Shown piece after piece: positions 34,740 to 48,808 of a stretch of DNA of 64,000 bases (positions are counted from its first letter, which is position 1; every line of letters begins with the position of its first letter). Both the position numbers and the translations under genes were made by a program. Location: positions 24,808,750 through 24,872,749 of the forward strand of contig NC_057719.1 of assembly GCF_004010195.1 (NCBI RefSeq). The letters run 5' to 3'. Origin of the DNA: Chiloscyllium plagiosum. Lineage: Eukaryota. The notes beneath the pieces were generated by a model, which saw only the letters and a list, made by a program, of their open reading frames with translations, made no database searches and was not told the origin of the DNA.

Positions 34740-37700
34740 TGGTCAGAACAGATCATTCGACATCAGAGGTCAAAACAGCTAGAGCCCAGCTGCACAAAGG
34801 TGAAGAAAAAGAGAGGAAGAGCAATTTGGATAATAGACTCAAGAGTGAGGGGTACAGACAGGCACTTCTGTGACCGCAAATGTATCTCTTTGGTACTGTG
34901 TTGCCTTCCTCAGGCCAGTGTCAAAGATGTCGCTGAATGGCAGCAGGACATTGTGAAGGTGGAAGGCAAACAGTCTGAGGTCATGATTCACAAAGGTATC
35001 AACAATATAGAGAGAAAGAGAGATGTGGTTCTCTAACAAGAATTTAAGCAGCCAGGTTGCAGATTGAAAAGTAAAATCTCCAAATGACTTAGAGTGCCAC
35101 GTGCTAGTGAATACAGGAATTGGCAGATACTGCAGATGAACATGTGGCTGATGAAGTGTGTAGGAGGGAAAGCTTTAGCTTCCTGGATCACTGGGGCCAT
35201 TTCTCAGGAAGGTGAGATCTATATAAGTCCATTTGGTTGAACATAAACATCCTTGCAGAAGGTTTTGGGGGTAGGGGCGGGTGTGGTTTGTAAGTGCCAT
35301 TAGTGAGATTTACACTCATTTGGCAGGAGGATTGATTTTGGAGTAGGGAATGATGCACAAACAAGTACAGAAGAAAGACCAAGTCAGTTAGAAAGACAGA
35401 GTGAATACAATCATGTTAAAATACAAGGAAGCATAGCAAGGCTGGATACCATTTATTTTAATGCATGGAGTCTGAAAGAAAGGCAGATAAATTTAAGGTT
35501 TTGATTAACACATGGGATAGGACATCATTGCTATCATGTAGACATGGCTGAGGAAGGGGCAGGCTTAATATTCTAGGCTATCAAAGCTTCAGGTGAGATA
35601 GGGAGAGGTGTAAAGAAGAGCTGGCATTGCAATACAGATCAAGGAGTCAATTACTGAAATAAAGAAGGATGGTACCTCAAAAGGTTCTTCAAATTCCCAA
35701 GCTAAAAACAAAAAAAAAGGCCAGTCACATTGGCCTTGTAGTGTAGAACGCCAAACAACCAAGGAGAGATAAAAAGACAAATATGTCAGCAAACCGCAGA
35801 GAGGCATAAAAAAATAGTAGGGTATTTCAACTTTCCCAACATTAACTGGGATAGACAGTGTGAAAGTCTTAGAGGTGCAGCTTGTAGAAAGTACGATAAG
35901 AGGAGGCAGAACGGGACTTAATTTTATGGAACAAAACCAGACAACAAGTGGTATAAGTCTCATTGAGGAGCATTTTGGTGGTAGTGACCATGACTGAATT
36001 GGATGTCCAGGGACTGTACAGGTCTAGATAAGGGGGGAAAAAAATCCAGCTTTTGACAGATACTGAGGTCTCTAAGCAGTAGAATATATATATTAGAGTG
36101 TTGGAAGTGCAGGAGGTAACTTCAAAAAAACTTAAGAGTGAAGACAGGGCATGAAAAACACAGACTGGTAAAAAGCATTTTATTATTATGCTAGAGGCAA
36201 GAGAATAATGGAGAAAGAGTGCAGCCCATTAGGAATCAAAGTAGCAATTTTTGCCTGGAGCTAGAAGAGACAGATGAGGTTTCACATGTGTTCTTTGCAT
36301 CTGTGTTCACTACAGAGTATGGTTTGGTTATAGAAATCAGGAGGGTCCTCGATACACTTGAACAAATTAGCATTGAGAGGTGGGAGATATTAGCAATTTT
36401 GTGGGGGGCTTAAAAGTGAAACAAATCCTCAGGCCCAGATGCAAAATGTGTCCCAAGTTGCAATGGGAAGCAAGAGAAGAGATTGCAGGGATTCCGTCAT
36501 TGATGTTCAAATACTGACAGCTACACAAGAGATGTTCAAAGGACTGGAGGGCAGCTAATGTGGTACCATAATTCAAAAAGAATGGTAGAGATAAGTCAGG
36601 AAACTATAAGCTATTAGATCTAACATCAGTGGTAGAAAAAACTATTTTAAAAGTTCTGATGGGCAGAATTAATCTCCAATTGGAGGGGCAGGGAATATTC
36701 AAGGATACTCAGTATGGCATTGTCAGGGAAGAGCAGGTCAAACAAATTTGATTGAATTTTGAGGAAGTAACTAGGTGCGAAGATGAGGATAGTGTGGTTG
36801 ATATGGTCCACATGGACTTCAGCAAGGTTTCTGACAAGGTCTTATCATGATACTAGTCAAGAATGTAAACACCCATGGAATCCAGGATGATTTTGCAAAT
36901 TACATCCAAATTTGGATAAATGGCAGTGGGTTGAAGGTTGTTTTTGTGACTGGAAGCCACTGTTCAACAGGACCAGTGGATAAGGTGTTTAAAAAGGCAC
37001 ATGGGATACTGAGCATGATTAATCAAGGCATTCAATACAACAGCAGGGAGGATATAATGGAGCTGTATAAAACATTAATTGGGCCATCCCTGGAGAGCTG
37101 CATGCAATTCTGGTCACCACATTATAGAAAGCATGTGATTTCACGAGAGAGGGTACAGAAGAGATTTAGCAGGATGTTGCTGGGCCTGAAACAAATCATT
37201 AGATATAAAATCACCACAATCCTACTCTCTCTTTATATATATATACAAATACATGAGAGAGAGAAATGGTGAAAGTTTAATCTAGCCATACCATATTTCA
37301 GGGGAGAGTTTGAGAAGGAGGGTTCTTTATGGAAATCTCAGCCAGTGCAAGAATTGAGGAGATGAGAGAGAATTGAACACATGCTGCTGGTATCTCCCTG
37401 CAATGCAAACCAGCTATCCAACCAACTCCCAAGTCAGCTACAAAGAGAGACTAGATAGGCTGGGGCTGTTTTTAATTGAGCAGAGAAAGCTGACAGGGAA
37501 CCTGACTGAGATGTACAAAATTATGGGGGACACAGATAGGATAGGGAAAAAAACTATTCCCCTTAGTTGAGGGTAAATAATCAGGGTGCATAGATTTAAG
37601 GTAACAGGCAACAGGTGTGAACAGGATTTGAGGAAAACACTTTTCACCCAGAGCAGGAAATATCTGGAACTCTGCCTGAAAGGCTAATTGAGGCGAGAAC

Positions 37701-37810
37701 ACTTAAAGCATTATTTAGATGAACACTTGAAATGCCAAAGCATACAAGTCTTGGGACCAAATGCTGGAAATTGTAATTAGTATAGATAGGTGCTTGATGA
37801 CCAGCATGCA
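34740..37810 (+). mobile_element. Old, internally deleted CR1 LINE (esterase ORF1 to 3' end), with a small insertion at about 37195-37432
   Basis: IDSRVRGTDRHFC...CCLPQASVKDV esterase; LESCMQFWSPHYRK; SYKERLDRLGLF. Confidence 0.75.
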
Positions 37811-37816
37811 TACAAA

Positions 37817-38473
37817 GAACAAAGAACATTATAAAGGAACAGGCCCTTCAGCCCTCCAAGCCTGCGTCGATCCATATCCTCTATCTAAATCTGCTGCCTA
37901 TTTCCTAAGGATCTGTATCCCTTTGCTCCATGCTCATTCATGTATCTGTCTAGGTACATCTTAAATGATGCTATTGTTCCTGCCCCATCACCTCCGTTGG
38001 CAGCGTATTCCAGGCACCCACCACCTTCTATGTGAAGAAGTTTCCGCATATATCTCCCCTAAACTTTTCCCCTCTCACTTTAAACTTGTGACCCCGAGTA
38101 ATTGAGTCCTCCACTCTGAGTAAATGTTTTTTGCTATCCACCCTGTCTACACCTCTCATGATTTTGTAGGCCTCAATCAGGTCCCCTTCAACCTCCTTCT
38201 TCACAATGAAAATAATCCTAATCTACTCAACCTCCCCTCATAGATGTAGAGGAGGTTACCTCTACACCTGGATGTATACCAGGTAACATCCCCCATCCAG
38301 GCAACATCCTGGTGAACCTTGTCTGCACCCTCTCCAAAGCATCCACATTCATTTGGTAATGTGGTGACCAAAATTGGCCAAAATTCCAATTGTGGCCAAA
38401 CCAACTGTAACATGACCTGCCAACTCTTGTACTCAATACCCCGTCCGATGAAGGAAAGCATGCCGTATGCCTT
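37817..38473 (-). mobile_element. CR1 LINE 3' fragment
   Basis: KAYGMLSFIGRGIEYKSWQVML; ALERVQTRFTRMLPG; AAAGAAC repeat tail. Confidence 0.8.
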
Positions 38474-38821
38474 TGTGATACAATGGACAGAAGAGCTTAT
38501 TTCCCTGCTGTAAAATTCTATCACTAAAATAATACTAGATGATTTCAGGCACTTTCGATTGAGGATCTATATTAACAAAACAACAATTTTTAAGGATCAA
38601 GATTTAGCTCAACCAGCAGGAATGCTGGTGGCAAAACTGAAGTTAAATTGAAATAAATACAAAGAACTTAATCGGATTCATTAATGGAGTAAAGAAATTG
38701 CCTGAGTCAGCTTATCCCAGCACAACTATTTGTCCTCTCTCAACTGGAAAAATTCAATGCAAAGAACACAATGATTATTTATTCTGTACAGTTAATGGAA
38801 ACAGGCATAAGTAAAACCTAC

Positions 38822-38959
38822 CCTTCGAGTTAGGTTTCCTGGCTGGTCATTGGCTCTTGCTTTTCTTTGGTTTGCCAATTCCTTAACTGAGTTAACTCCG
38901 TCGGAAAACATACTGATCAATAGCTGGAGAGGGACGATAATATCTAGTTCTGATAAAAC
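38822..38959 (-). CDS. UNC79: UNC79 exon VLSELDIIVPLQLLISMFSDGVNSVKELANQRKARANDQPGNLTRR
   Basis: 138 nt, tgattag|GTT ... AGG|gtaggt, phase 0/0. Confidence 0.93.
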
Positions 38960-39795
38960 CTAATCAAAGGATTGATCAAAACTACATTTGTTAGACAGCA
39001 GGACCTTTAAACCAGGAACATTTGCAAACATAATCTGAACACTTGTTACTTGAAATGTTTACATTTAAAAGTTCTTGAATGTACTATAATTCTCAAGCAG
39101 TTGGTTAAATTATTTCATGTTTGATACTTGCATTTAGATCTTCAAACAATGATGATTAATCATTAATAGTAATTCAAAAGAAATACATATACACACATAT
39201 ACAGTATTTAATGTTACACTGATTGCACAACAGTTGATCTTTTTGTATAGATTTGTTCTTAAGTAATAATGATGGCAAACCTTTTGCAACTCTAAGATTA
39301 TGCATATCTGTTAAACTCATCCAATAATATCCAGGCACTAATTAGCAAAGCTACCTGATCTACATGGTAGCACTTTCAGGAGTACTATAATCTCCACTAA
39401 TAACAACCAAATACCTATGATTCTATTTAATTAATGTTAGATTCAAACAAAAAATATGCAATAAATGTTGGACATATTATTTATACATTTGGTTTGCAAA
39501 CATTCTAAGCAGCTGAAGTTTGAACCCAGAGCTACAAGGAGTCTTATTTAACTTCAGAATAGAAATTTGGTTCTGGATTTATGCTACATCTTTACAATTT
39601 CATGCAGTACATACATGGCAACAATCAACAGTCAATGTTGTCTTTGGCATTACTGGAACTGAAATAGGTTTGATAGCAGGAACATAGAATTTGGACAATT
39701 GACACTGCAGACACTAGTCAAATATAACTAAAACATAGATGAGAATTAATACTAAGTTTTCAAATTAAAACTCATCAATAAGGATATTGACTTAC

Positions 39796-39919
39796 ATGAA
39801 GCCAAAGCAAAGCTTGTTCCTGTACTGAAGCGGGGTAGCCAGTAAATCTACAGCTAATAAAACCAAACATCTCCTCCAAGGAAAAGGGTAATGGACAAAG
39901 TTCAATATCAAACATTTTG
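39796..39919 (-). CDS. UNC79: UNC79 exon KMFDIELCPLPFSLEEMFGFISCRFTGYPASVQEQALLWLH
   Basis: 124 nt, tatttcag|C AAA ... CAT|gtaagt, phase 2/0. Confidence 0.96.
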
Positions 39920-41337
39920 CTGAAATAAATCAATGTTAACATTAGCTTCCAATCAAAACCCTGATAACAATACAAATGAAATGAAACTCAGCAACAGAAT
40001 AGTAGAATATTATTGCATATCTTTTTTATAACTTTATGAATATTAAAGATAAGCACCTATAGTTAAATAATTTAACTATAAAGTGCTTGCTCCATCAAGC
40101 TATCCCCAGATGTTACATTTTATTACTTTTGACAACTCCTAATATGTTAACAATGTTCCAAGCTCACACTCGGAAGATGTTGTCATTGTTAAGCAAGCAT
40201 ATTTATTTGGCAAATAGGAGACTGAATACATTATTATTCCTGAATGCTATTTGGAAGCCACAATGCATTCCCTAACCTCGTATAAAGTAAATTATACTCT
40301 TGTTTGCTATGGAGAGAGAAAAACTCAACAAGTACCATTTGTGGAGAATTAGAATACAGCACAAATTTCTTTTTACGTATATGAGGGTATTGATTTAGGA
40401 TCCCAAGGGAAGAAATCCCAACCCTCAAGAGCTTCAAACAAGTCACCACTAGTAATCAACCCACCAGAGACTTTGAATTGCCTACAGGTAAGTGAGGGTG
40501 GGATAAGCAGAAAGAATTGTTGGCCATGGAGCAATGAAATCAGAAACAATAGCAGTGGGGTGGCTCTCAGTAACCCTAACTTCATCCCCATCCCTGCCTT
40601 CCTGATGCCAGGTCCATCGATTATGCACTGATTGCCTTTGAATGATGACCGAAACCCCAACTCAAAGCCCAGAAACAAGTCCAACAATTTCTTTTTGGGG
40701 CCCACAATCGCGTGTCAAGACTCTTAAATGGTCACTAGTTGACCACGTAAGGCTGTCAAATTAGTATCTGAGCATCCTACCTTACATTTAATAAGTATTC
40801 ATTGGTGGTAAGGGTTTTGGGGTATTCTGAACTCATTAATTTCAGAGTTCTTATTGAAGTTCTTATTGAGCACTGATTAAATTGGTCATTGTTTGAAAAT
40901 TACATTGATCAAGTGACATGAGGCTCTAAACACTGTTCTCCTATGCCAGATCAAACATTAATGAAACAATTGTACACCTCGTTTATTAATGGACAAACAA
41001 GTGAATCAATTAATCTCTGCAACAAGTGTAGTTTCAGGATACCCTCACTGAAGTAGGGCTACTACACTGCAGCATCATGTCTCAACACACACAATCATGA
41101 ATGATTGCTTACTGAAACAACTCTCAATGCTTTTTTAGTGAGGAATTCAATTTTCTTAGAAATTAACATAATTAAACTGGAAAAATATTCTGGTATGTTG
41201 TTACTTCCGTGAAAGTACTTGTCATCTTATCCCTTTTATTTTATTGCCACAGGTATGTTAAAAGTTAAAAGCCCAAGATACATATTATTAAAGAAAAATA
41301 CAAAAGTGAGGCATTGAACAACAAACATTGAACATAC

Positions 41338-41528
41338 CTTAAAACCTCTTTAAACTCTTTTAATTGGTTGTCCGGCACCTCAGTTCGGATAGATTCCAAC
41401 CATTCTGGCATAATGCATTCCCACACAGCTTGATTTATAACATTATATGGAATAAGGCACAGAATACGATTCAAGCCTTCCTTTAGCTGTGTCACAGTAC
41501 TGCAGCGCTTGTCCCAATACCCACCAAC
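41338..41528 (-). CDS. UNC79: UNC79 exon VGGYWDKRCSTVTQLKEGLNRILCLIPYNVINQAVWECIMPEWLESIRTEVPDNQLKEFKEVL(S)
   Basis: 191 nt, ttttcag|GTT ... TTA AG|gtatgt, phase 0/2. Confidence 0.96.
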
Positions 41529-43754
41529 CTGAAAACACACCTTGCCTCAGTACAGCTTGCATTTGTATAAATACCTTTCTCATAGAAAAACATCCAAAAG
41601 TGGTTCCCCTAATGTGGAATTAGGCACCAACTGACACTGAGCTACAATGTAGGTATTAGGAAGGATAACCGAAATGTTTGTCAGAGAGGTGAGTTTTAAT
41701 TATGGTCAAAGGATGATAGAGAGGTTGAGACTCAGAAGTTTAGTTGGAAAATTTTAGGGATTACGGTTTATTAATGACCAGATAAGCAGAATGGGAAGAA
41801 TACAGGAAAAGGAACTAAATAGATTTACCTCAGTGTCAGTTGCACTTCTCATTATTCCAGACAATAATGGCAGAGACAGATTAAAGAAGACTAAAAAGGT
41901 GACTGGTAATGAAGAAAATATGTTTGTCTCAAATTTGCTATCACAGCAATTTATCACAAAATAAATATATTGTATTTGGAAGCAGCCATTTACTGGTTGT
42001 TGTACATATATCTTTTGAGACCAAAATGCAGAATTCCTCATTATAGTTTGATAAAGGCTTTTCTGGTATTGCTTGAAACGATATAAACCACATCCACAGA
42101 AAGCATCCAAACAGATTTGAATTCTGAAAGTTTTAAAATAAACAAGATATTTTGATGTTATTCAATTAATTTTTAAGAATGTGTACAATCTCAGTAAGTT
42201 AGAGAATTTGAGTATAGTCAACAGTAACGTTACATTTGTACCTTTAGCAGTCAGAGTTCAGAGGAGAAATGTGTGGCTGTTGGCTGGCATATAGGCTGAA
42301 AATGTTTTTAGTAGTCAGATCTCATAGTCTGAATATTTGTCAATTAGGTTTTGGGGTTGGCTGGACCTAAAGCAGCTGTAGAAAGATCTGTCAGAGACAG
42401 TGGAATATCAGCAACAAGTTAATTTTAATCAATAATCCCAGGTAAGATTTTTCTATGAGATGATACATTCCAGAAGTAGGACGAAAAGCATATTGCCCAT
42501 TCAGCAGCTCAGCAGCCTCAGGGAAGTATTGTTGCTGTGGAAGCAGAAAGAAGTCCCAAGGCCTCCAGAACGTAAGAGAACACAATTTAAAATGCTCAGG
42601 GGCTGAATACAGGCAGGGAAACCTGTGCAGGGATAATGATAGGGGCTGTCTCCCTTGCCTGAGGACTTCTGTTTGCTGCATAATATCTTTCCCGCCTCCA
42701 GTCACTTTCAAGGTCACTTGAGAAGCTGCCTCCATTTAACTGGCTACCTTCAGACATAGTGAGACACCCTCTCTCAGGGGGTGCATAGCTTGTTTGCTTC
42801 ATACTGGTGGCAAAATGCTGCAACAGTGCCTCTGCTCCCACCTCCAAGGTACTACCAAATTCAGCCTTTTGGATCCTGAGAAGATTAAAGCAGCTTAATA
42901 TTTTGTGCAAGCAAATTAATTATGTGGAAAAAGTTTTGATGAATTACAAATTTGCCTGTTCATTTCTGAGACATGGATCATACCCAAATAACAAGCTGAA
43001 GGCTCCTACTTCACTGTTATTAATGGTTCTGTCTTACAATGGTAGTGATGAATTAACTTTAGATGTCTTCACTGCAGATCTTCACTGCATCACATGAAGC
43101 AAGCCTTTTTTTTAATCTTAGAAGAAGGTGTAAATTTGGTCTTTTTCACTCAAATGCTGTGTATATCAAATCATTATTGTTCAATTTTAATAAATCAACA
43201 GTCTTGCTCAATGTGTACACAATGTCCTCGAGTGATAATAATACATCATGGCAGATACATTAACATGTTGAATTTGTGGATTGAGTTCAAGTCAGGGGTT
43301 AAATGGAGAAAAATGCCGAAAATGTCAGAAAGCTGGCTCCAGTGAACCAACTTCCAGAGCTTACTTAGGACCCGGATGGAGAGAGGGAAAGGCGGAGAGC
43401 TCACCAGGCAACAGACGACTGTCAAGCAAATCCTCTACAGTTTGTCTGCAGACTTCTGGTGGAGGGTGGGTCGCTCCCTCAAACAGACTCCCATGCCTGA
43501 TTGAGAGTTCCGTATTGGGAATCAGAGTACCTGCTGAAAGTCACACATCTCATTTGCTCTGACCATCCTCCATGCACATTGCTAAGGACCTGCAATCCGC
43601 ATTCTACCATTACTTTCTCCAGGAATTCTGTGATGAACTGACGGCTCCTAGTAGGAAGTCCAACCTATTGGAAAACTTCCAGGATTAAATTTCCCCATTG
43701 GAGCTCCCTGAGATCAGGGTGGTGAGGAATGCCACCAGTTGTGGGTGACTGGTG

Positions 43755-44103
43755 TTTAGATTAGATTCCCTTCAGTATAGAAACAAGCCCTTCTGCCCGA
43801 CAAGTCCACACTGACCTTCAGAAGAGTAACCCATCTAGGCCCATTCCCCTAACCTGTATTTACCCCGACTAATGCACCTAACACTATGGGCAATTTAGCA
43901 TGGCCAATTCACCTAACCTCCACATCTTTTGATTGTGGGAGGAAACTGGAGCACCTGGAGGAAATCCAGGCAGACACGGGGAGAACATGCAAACTCCACA
44001 CAGACAGTCACTCAAGGTGGGACTCAAACCCCAGTCTCTGAGGCTGTGAGGCAGCAGTGCTAACCACTAAGGCAGCAGTGCTAACCACTGAGCCACCATG
44101 CTA
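43755..44103 (-). mobile_element. HE1-like V-SINE with a 21-bp internal tandem duplication in the tRNA head
   Basis: Reverse complement of the 34165 copy; AGGCAGCAGTGCTAACCACT repeated at 44049 and 44070. Confidence 0.8.
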
Positions 44104-44179
44104 CCCCCCCCCCCCCCCCCCCGCCTTCATAAATTCCCATTCCTAGGAACCAGGGAAAGCATCCAATTCATACTTAGGA

Positions 44180-44860
44180 GGCGGATTTGAAATATGTTAA
44201 TGAGACTGTAAGTTTCTGGTTTAACATTCTGGGTTTGCCAGCCTTGAGATACCAGCAGCTACACAACATGAGGATAACTTCACAGTGGTGAAAAGTAGAC
44301 AGGATGTACTGCAGCTATTGTAAAGTGTTGGTGGAGGGAACAGATGTTATACCAATGGATGAAGTGTTGTTGTCTGTTATGTCCCAAATAGATTTAAATT
44401 TCTTGAATGTTATTGAATCTGCACCCTCCAGCAAGTGGAGAGTACTCCAACACACCCCTCACCTGTGCATTACAGGTTGGTAGAAAAACTTTGGAGAGTT
44501 AAGAGGTATGTCACCAGACATAGAATACCATTTATCTGATCTGTTCTTGTCACCATATCATTTGACTGGGTGTTCCAGTTAACTTTCTCAATGGTAATTT
44601 GTCTTATCATTGAAGCTATGGAAGACAGGTCATTGGTATTATCCGCAATTGTTAAGTGGAAGCAAATATGCACTCTCAATCATTATTTCCTGGCACAAGA
44701 TTAGTTATAATGTTGATCAGCCCAAGTTCAGATGCTATCCAATTGTTGCTGCATATTGACACAGTATGTTTCATTACCTGAGGAACTGTGAGTGGAGTTC
44801 AACATTTCTGATCTTAAGAGGGAGAAAATGTCATTGAATGGGTTAGATTTGTCTTGCCTA
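44180..44860 (-). mobile_element. Degenerate LINE fragment related to 28140-28822
   Basis: Patchy reverse-complement similarity. Confidence 0.45.
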
Positions 44861-44908
44861 TGTATATGGGTTATACCTGGAGAATTTTCAGTCTACAAAC
44901 AAACTTAC

Positions 44909-45139
44909 TCTTGCAAACTCCATGGGTTTGGGAAGAAGACACATGACCATGACATCAAATCGAACATCACAAACAGTCTTCAACCATTTGGTGACAAATT
45001 GAGGCTTGAGCTTTTCCACTAGGCTCCCCACTTCATCATCAAGCATGTATGCAGTAGAATGGAACCATTGGAACATCATGCTAACCAACCTGGCTAGACT
45101 TTCTGTAGGTGTGTTTTCACTTGGAGTGCAAAGGCTGAC
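44909..45139 (-). CDS. UNC79: UNC79 exon VSLCTPSENTPTESLARLVSMMFQWFHSTAYMLDDEVGSLVEKLKPQFVTKWLKTVCDVRFDVMVMCLLPKPMEFAR
   Basis: 231 nt, acatag|GTC ... AGA|gtaagt, phase 0/0. Confidence 0.96.
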
Positions 45140-46658
45140 CTATGTAGTAAAAAGAAGTAAACACCGATGTTTTGCATGAATAATTTGTCTGATTTACTGG
45201 GACATATTTCAGAAGATCACCCAACTACTGTAGACTTTATCCAATTTTTTATTCTATTGTTTTCCACTAGATTGCCACTCACGCACTGAAGACAAGAATT
45301 TACCCCTGAAGAAACATGTCAATCGTAAACATCATGGACTAGTAATAATGAAATATAAAGAAAAGACACAGTAATGGAAAACAAAACTGAGCCATACAAC
45401 AGCAAAGTTTGTCAAGTACAAAACCTGTACAGTAATTAGTAATGCTATAATGGGGAAGAAGGACAAAGCTACCTTGTATACTCAGAGGAGAGAAAACAAA
45501 GTTATCTTATCTGCCTTCAGAAACCTCTGTTCACTGGCCCTGAATGTTGATTAAATTAGTTCATTCAGAATTCTCTAATAAATCAGTTGTACAATAGCTG
45601 CAGTATAATGCTTGCTTTCTGTGATTTTGTTGCCATTGATACCAATGGTACTACAACATGTCTGGTTGTAGCATAGAGCAATTAATTACACAGCACTAAG
45701 TGACAGGCATTGAAAATAGGTTAATAATCTTGGGATTAAGGTCATTACATCTCATGAAAGTAATGGCATTATCTGAATTTCTATGCAACATAGGTCCAGA
45801 TCTTTCAGCAGTACAGTCGTTATGATTATTTTATGCTACAGCCTCTATCTTGGCTTCAAATTGGAACCACCATAGAACAGAGTTGCGGATCTGTGTGTTG
45901 AATATAACTCCAGCAAAGTCCTTAGCGACTACCTTCAGTTCACTGACTAACATATTTTTAAATACAGTTGTCACTCCCAACAGTTCACAAACTCCCCTTC
46001 TGACAACACTGCCTCCACTGTTCTCCAAGAAAGCAAATTCTGAACACTCACAATTTTCTGACTCACAATTCCACCCTCATAGTCAATCCCTTCCTTTGTC
46101 TCATTGAAGGAAAATTTGGCCTACTCCTGTGGCCCTTCCTATGGTCTCCACAGCATCCTGACTGGGGCAACCATACTTCCCAGACTGATTGCATTTGACC
46201 TGCAAAACTAACTATGGCCCACTTTTTGGGTTGCAAAAACTTGAATCCCCAGGTTCTGATATGGTCATGAACCTGACTGACCAAGGCCAATCCCATGGAC
46301 TGGAACAGAACAAGCTCTTTGATTGACTGTGGGAGTACACTCTGACTAACATTGGTCCCCCTGACTCCTCATGCCGTTGAGCACTGTTTCTCTTTAATAT
46401 TCACACATGGCTATTTGTTTGGGGCACATGCAGTGTGTGTATTTTGTACACTGCTGGTACATGCTGCAGGTATGATGCTAACGTAGCATGTTGCCATACA
46501 ATGATATGTCCACCCCACCTTGGCTGTTGAATACTTATTAATGTCACAAGCTACCTGCCTCTCCCCTAAAAAGTAATGCGAGCCACAGTAGCTGGCAGTC
46601 TGTAATTGAGCAAAAAAAAAGTTTATTCAGAAAGCAATGTGATACATTCAGAAGCTGG

Positions 46659-46749
46659 ATCAAGAGTGTGGTGCTGGAAGGCACAGCAGATCAGGCAGCA
46701 TGCGAGAAGCAGGAGAATCGATGTTTCAGGCATAAGCCCTTCATCAGGA
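46659..46749 (-). mobile_element. Family A pLTR single-arm insertion
   Basis: 17-bp TSD ATACA(T/C)TCAGAAGCTGG (46642-46658/46750-46766); minus strand TTC-CTGATGA-AGGGCTTATGCCT-GAAACATC. Confidence 0.8.
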
Positions 46750-48347
46750 ATACACTCAGAAGCTGGCAATCTGTAACTGAGAGCTGAACTTAGTCTATCC
46801 TGGGGCCATAAGAAGCATCCTGAGTAGATGAATGAGATACGTGTGTATTCTTGTGTACAAAGTGATCTGACAAAAGCATGCAAACTGTAGGTGTCTCTGA
46901 GTTTCAATGACAAATGTTGAAGAGCTCAACAGGTGACTGGGTTGGTCCAAGAGCAGGTATGATACTGTGATGAGGTGATTTGCCAATGCTGACTTGCTTG
47001 GGTGAAGGGTTGAGGAGAATGTTGGCAATGGAGCATGCAGGAACAATGTTGTGAAGAACCAGTTGGATGATGGCCAGAACAAGCATTCAGCGACCTGCAG
47101 CTACCAGGTACCTGCTCTGATTTACGTGCCAGGTATTTATGCCATCGAGAGGAGAATTGGAAGTGGCATGTAAGTAAAGTTAGGTGAGGTTTTAATGAGA
47201 TGCAAACATATGGAAAAAAGGAAGCCAACGGCAAGATCTTGAAATTGGCATCTAAGGCTCAAGGAGAAAAATCGAAAAATGTTTTGTTCGATATCATGAT
47301 TACTTTTTATTCTTCCCACATTTTCCACTTTTCTCAACGTGGTTCATGTCATATCAGGGAGGGGAAATTCTGCCATTCTCTAACTTCTCATTCCTTCCTG
47401 TTAAATCATTCTTGATGTATTTTAAATTCTATACAATCTTCTAATCTACCACTAATATTACAGAACTGTGCACTCTTTCTTCTTCTATTTTGATAACTAT
47501 CTTTAACCACAGTGCATAATTTGCACACAGACTATTTCCCACACTGAAACATATCCTTACTGAGTGCAATGAAGTATCTCCTTAAGTACTTGTCTCTTGA
47601 CTATCGTATTCTTTAACTTGTCTTTCACCTTCACTGTCTTTACATCTTTGAAATTGCCTTTATTAAAGTTTAAAACATTCGTCTCTTCACCCTCAAACTA
47701 AATAAAATTCATGCTGTCATCTTTGCTACTTAGAGGCTTTTAACGGAAGTCCATTCATTGATCCTGTCATTACATATCACCTGGTCTAGAATGGTCTGTT
47801 GTTTGGTTAGCACTCGAATAAGCTAGTTGAAGAACATGACCAGAATGCAATCTATGAACTCAGGTCAGGGTAGGCACAGGGCACACAACTCACATCTCAG
47901 TGGTATTGGATATCCAATCAGACTTTCATAAAGAGTCATGCAGTAAGGTAAAACTAGTAATCGGAAGTGTAAACTTTCTGTATTTGAGCCCCCAAATAAT
48001 ATTCACCTCTGTCAATGCTCACCCCTAACAATATTTACCCCTACCCAAAACGTCCGTCTCCTGACAATGTGTTCACCCTTCTTGAAAACGTTCACGCCTA
48101 CCTAACAATGTTCGCTTAACCTCCCACCTCCAACAATGCTCAATCCCCATCTCCACAAAGCCTGAACTCCTCAGGATCTCAACAAACATTAGTGACTGAA
48201 GTTCAGTTGGTCACCAGTGCCCTATCAGAAGATTCAGGCCATTATCATATTTCAATTTGTTTGCAGGCATTCATCATCTTCCATGAACTAATTTAGTGCC
48301 GATATATTCGTAAGTGTTACATGAAAATCATCATTTTAGTTACGTAC

Positions 48348-48519
48348 CAAAACCCATATTCCAAACTGACTTAATAGTCGCTGATCATTTTTATCATCAT
48401 CCTTGTTATCATACTCCATATTGTCTAAAGAAGGTTGGGATAAGGACAATCCCATTTGTCTTCTTCTATTTAATTCAAACTCCCGCTGCTCGGCATGATA
48501 TTCAGCTTCTTTTAGCAAA
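48348..48519 (-). CDS. UNC79: UNC79 exon LLKEAEYHAEQREFELNRRRQMGLSLSQPSLDNMEYDNKDDDKNDQRLLSQFGIWVL
   Basis: 172 nt, tttctgcag|T TTG ... TTG|gtacgt, phase 2/0; ORF 48336..48545. Confidence 0.95.
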
Positions 48520-48808
48520 CTGCAGAAAAACAAGAAAAGATGCAATTGCTAATAACATTTTCATTTTTGGAATATAATACAATCCTATCTAAAAGAGCAG
48601 CTATAGCAAGAAAAGGTCCTCTCAACAACTTTATTTTGATCCTAACTATCAGTCATTCCCCTAGTGATACAAACAAACTTTATGTCAGTACTAGGTACAT
48701 AAAGAAAGAACCCAAAGGCCATTTTCCCAGCTCAAGGAAAGACTATCTCTTATTTCTTGCATTTCTTACGGAAAGGTGTTTAGCCCATATGTCTTCATTG
48801 CTCAGACC

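Noticed and set aside
45650..46430. Possible zinc-knuckle/gag-like remnant
   Set aside because: Too degenerate to assign from sequence alone
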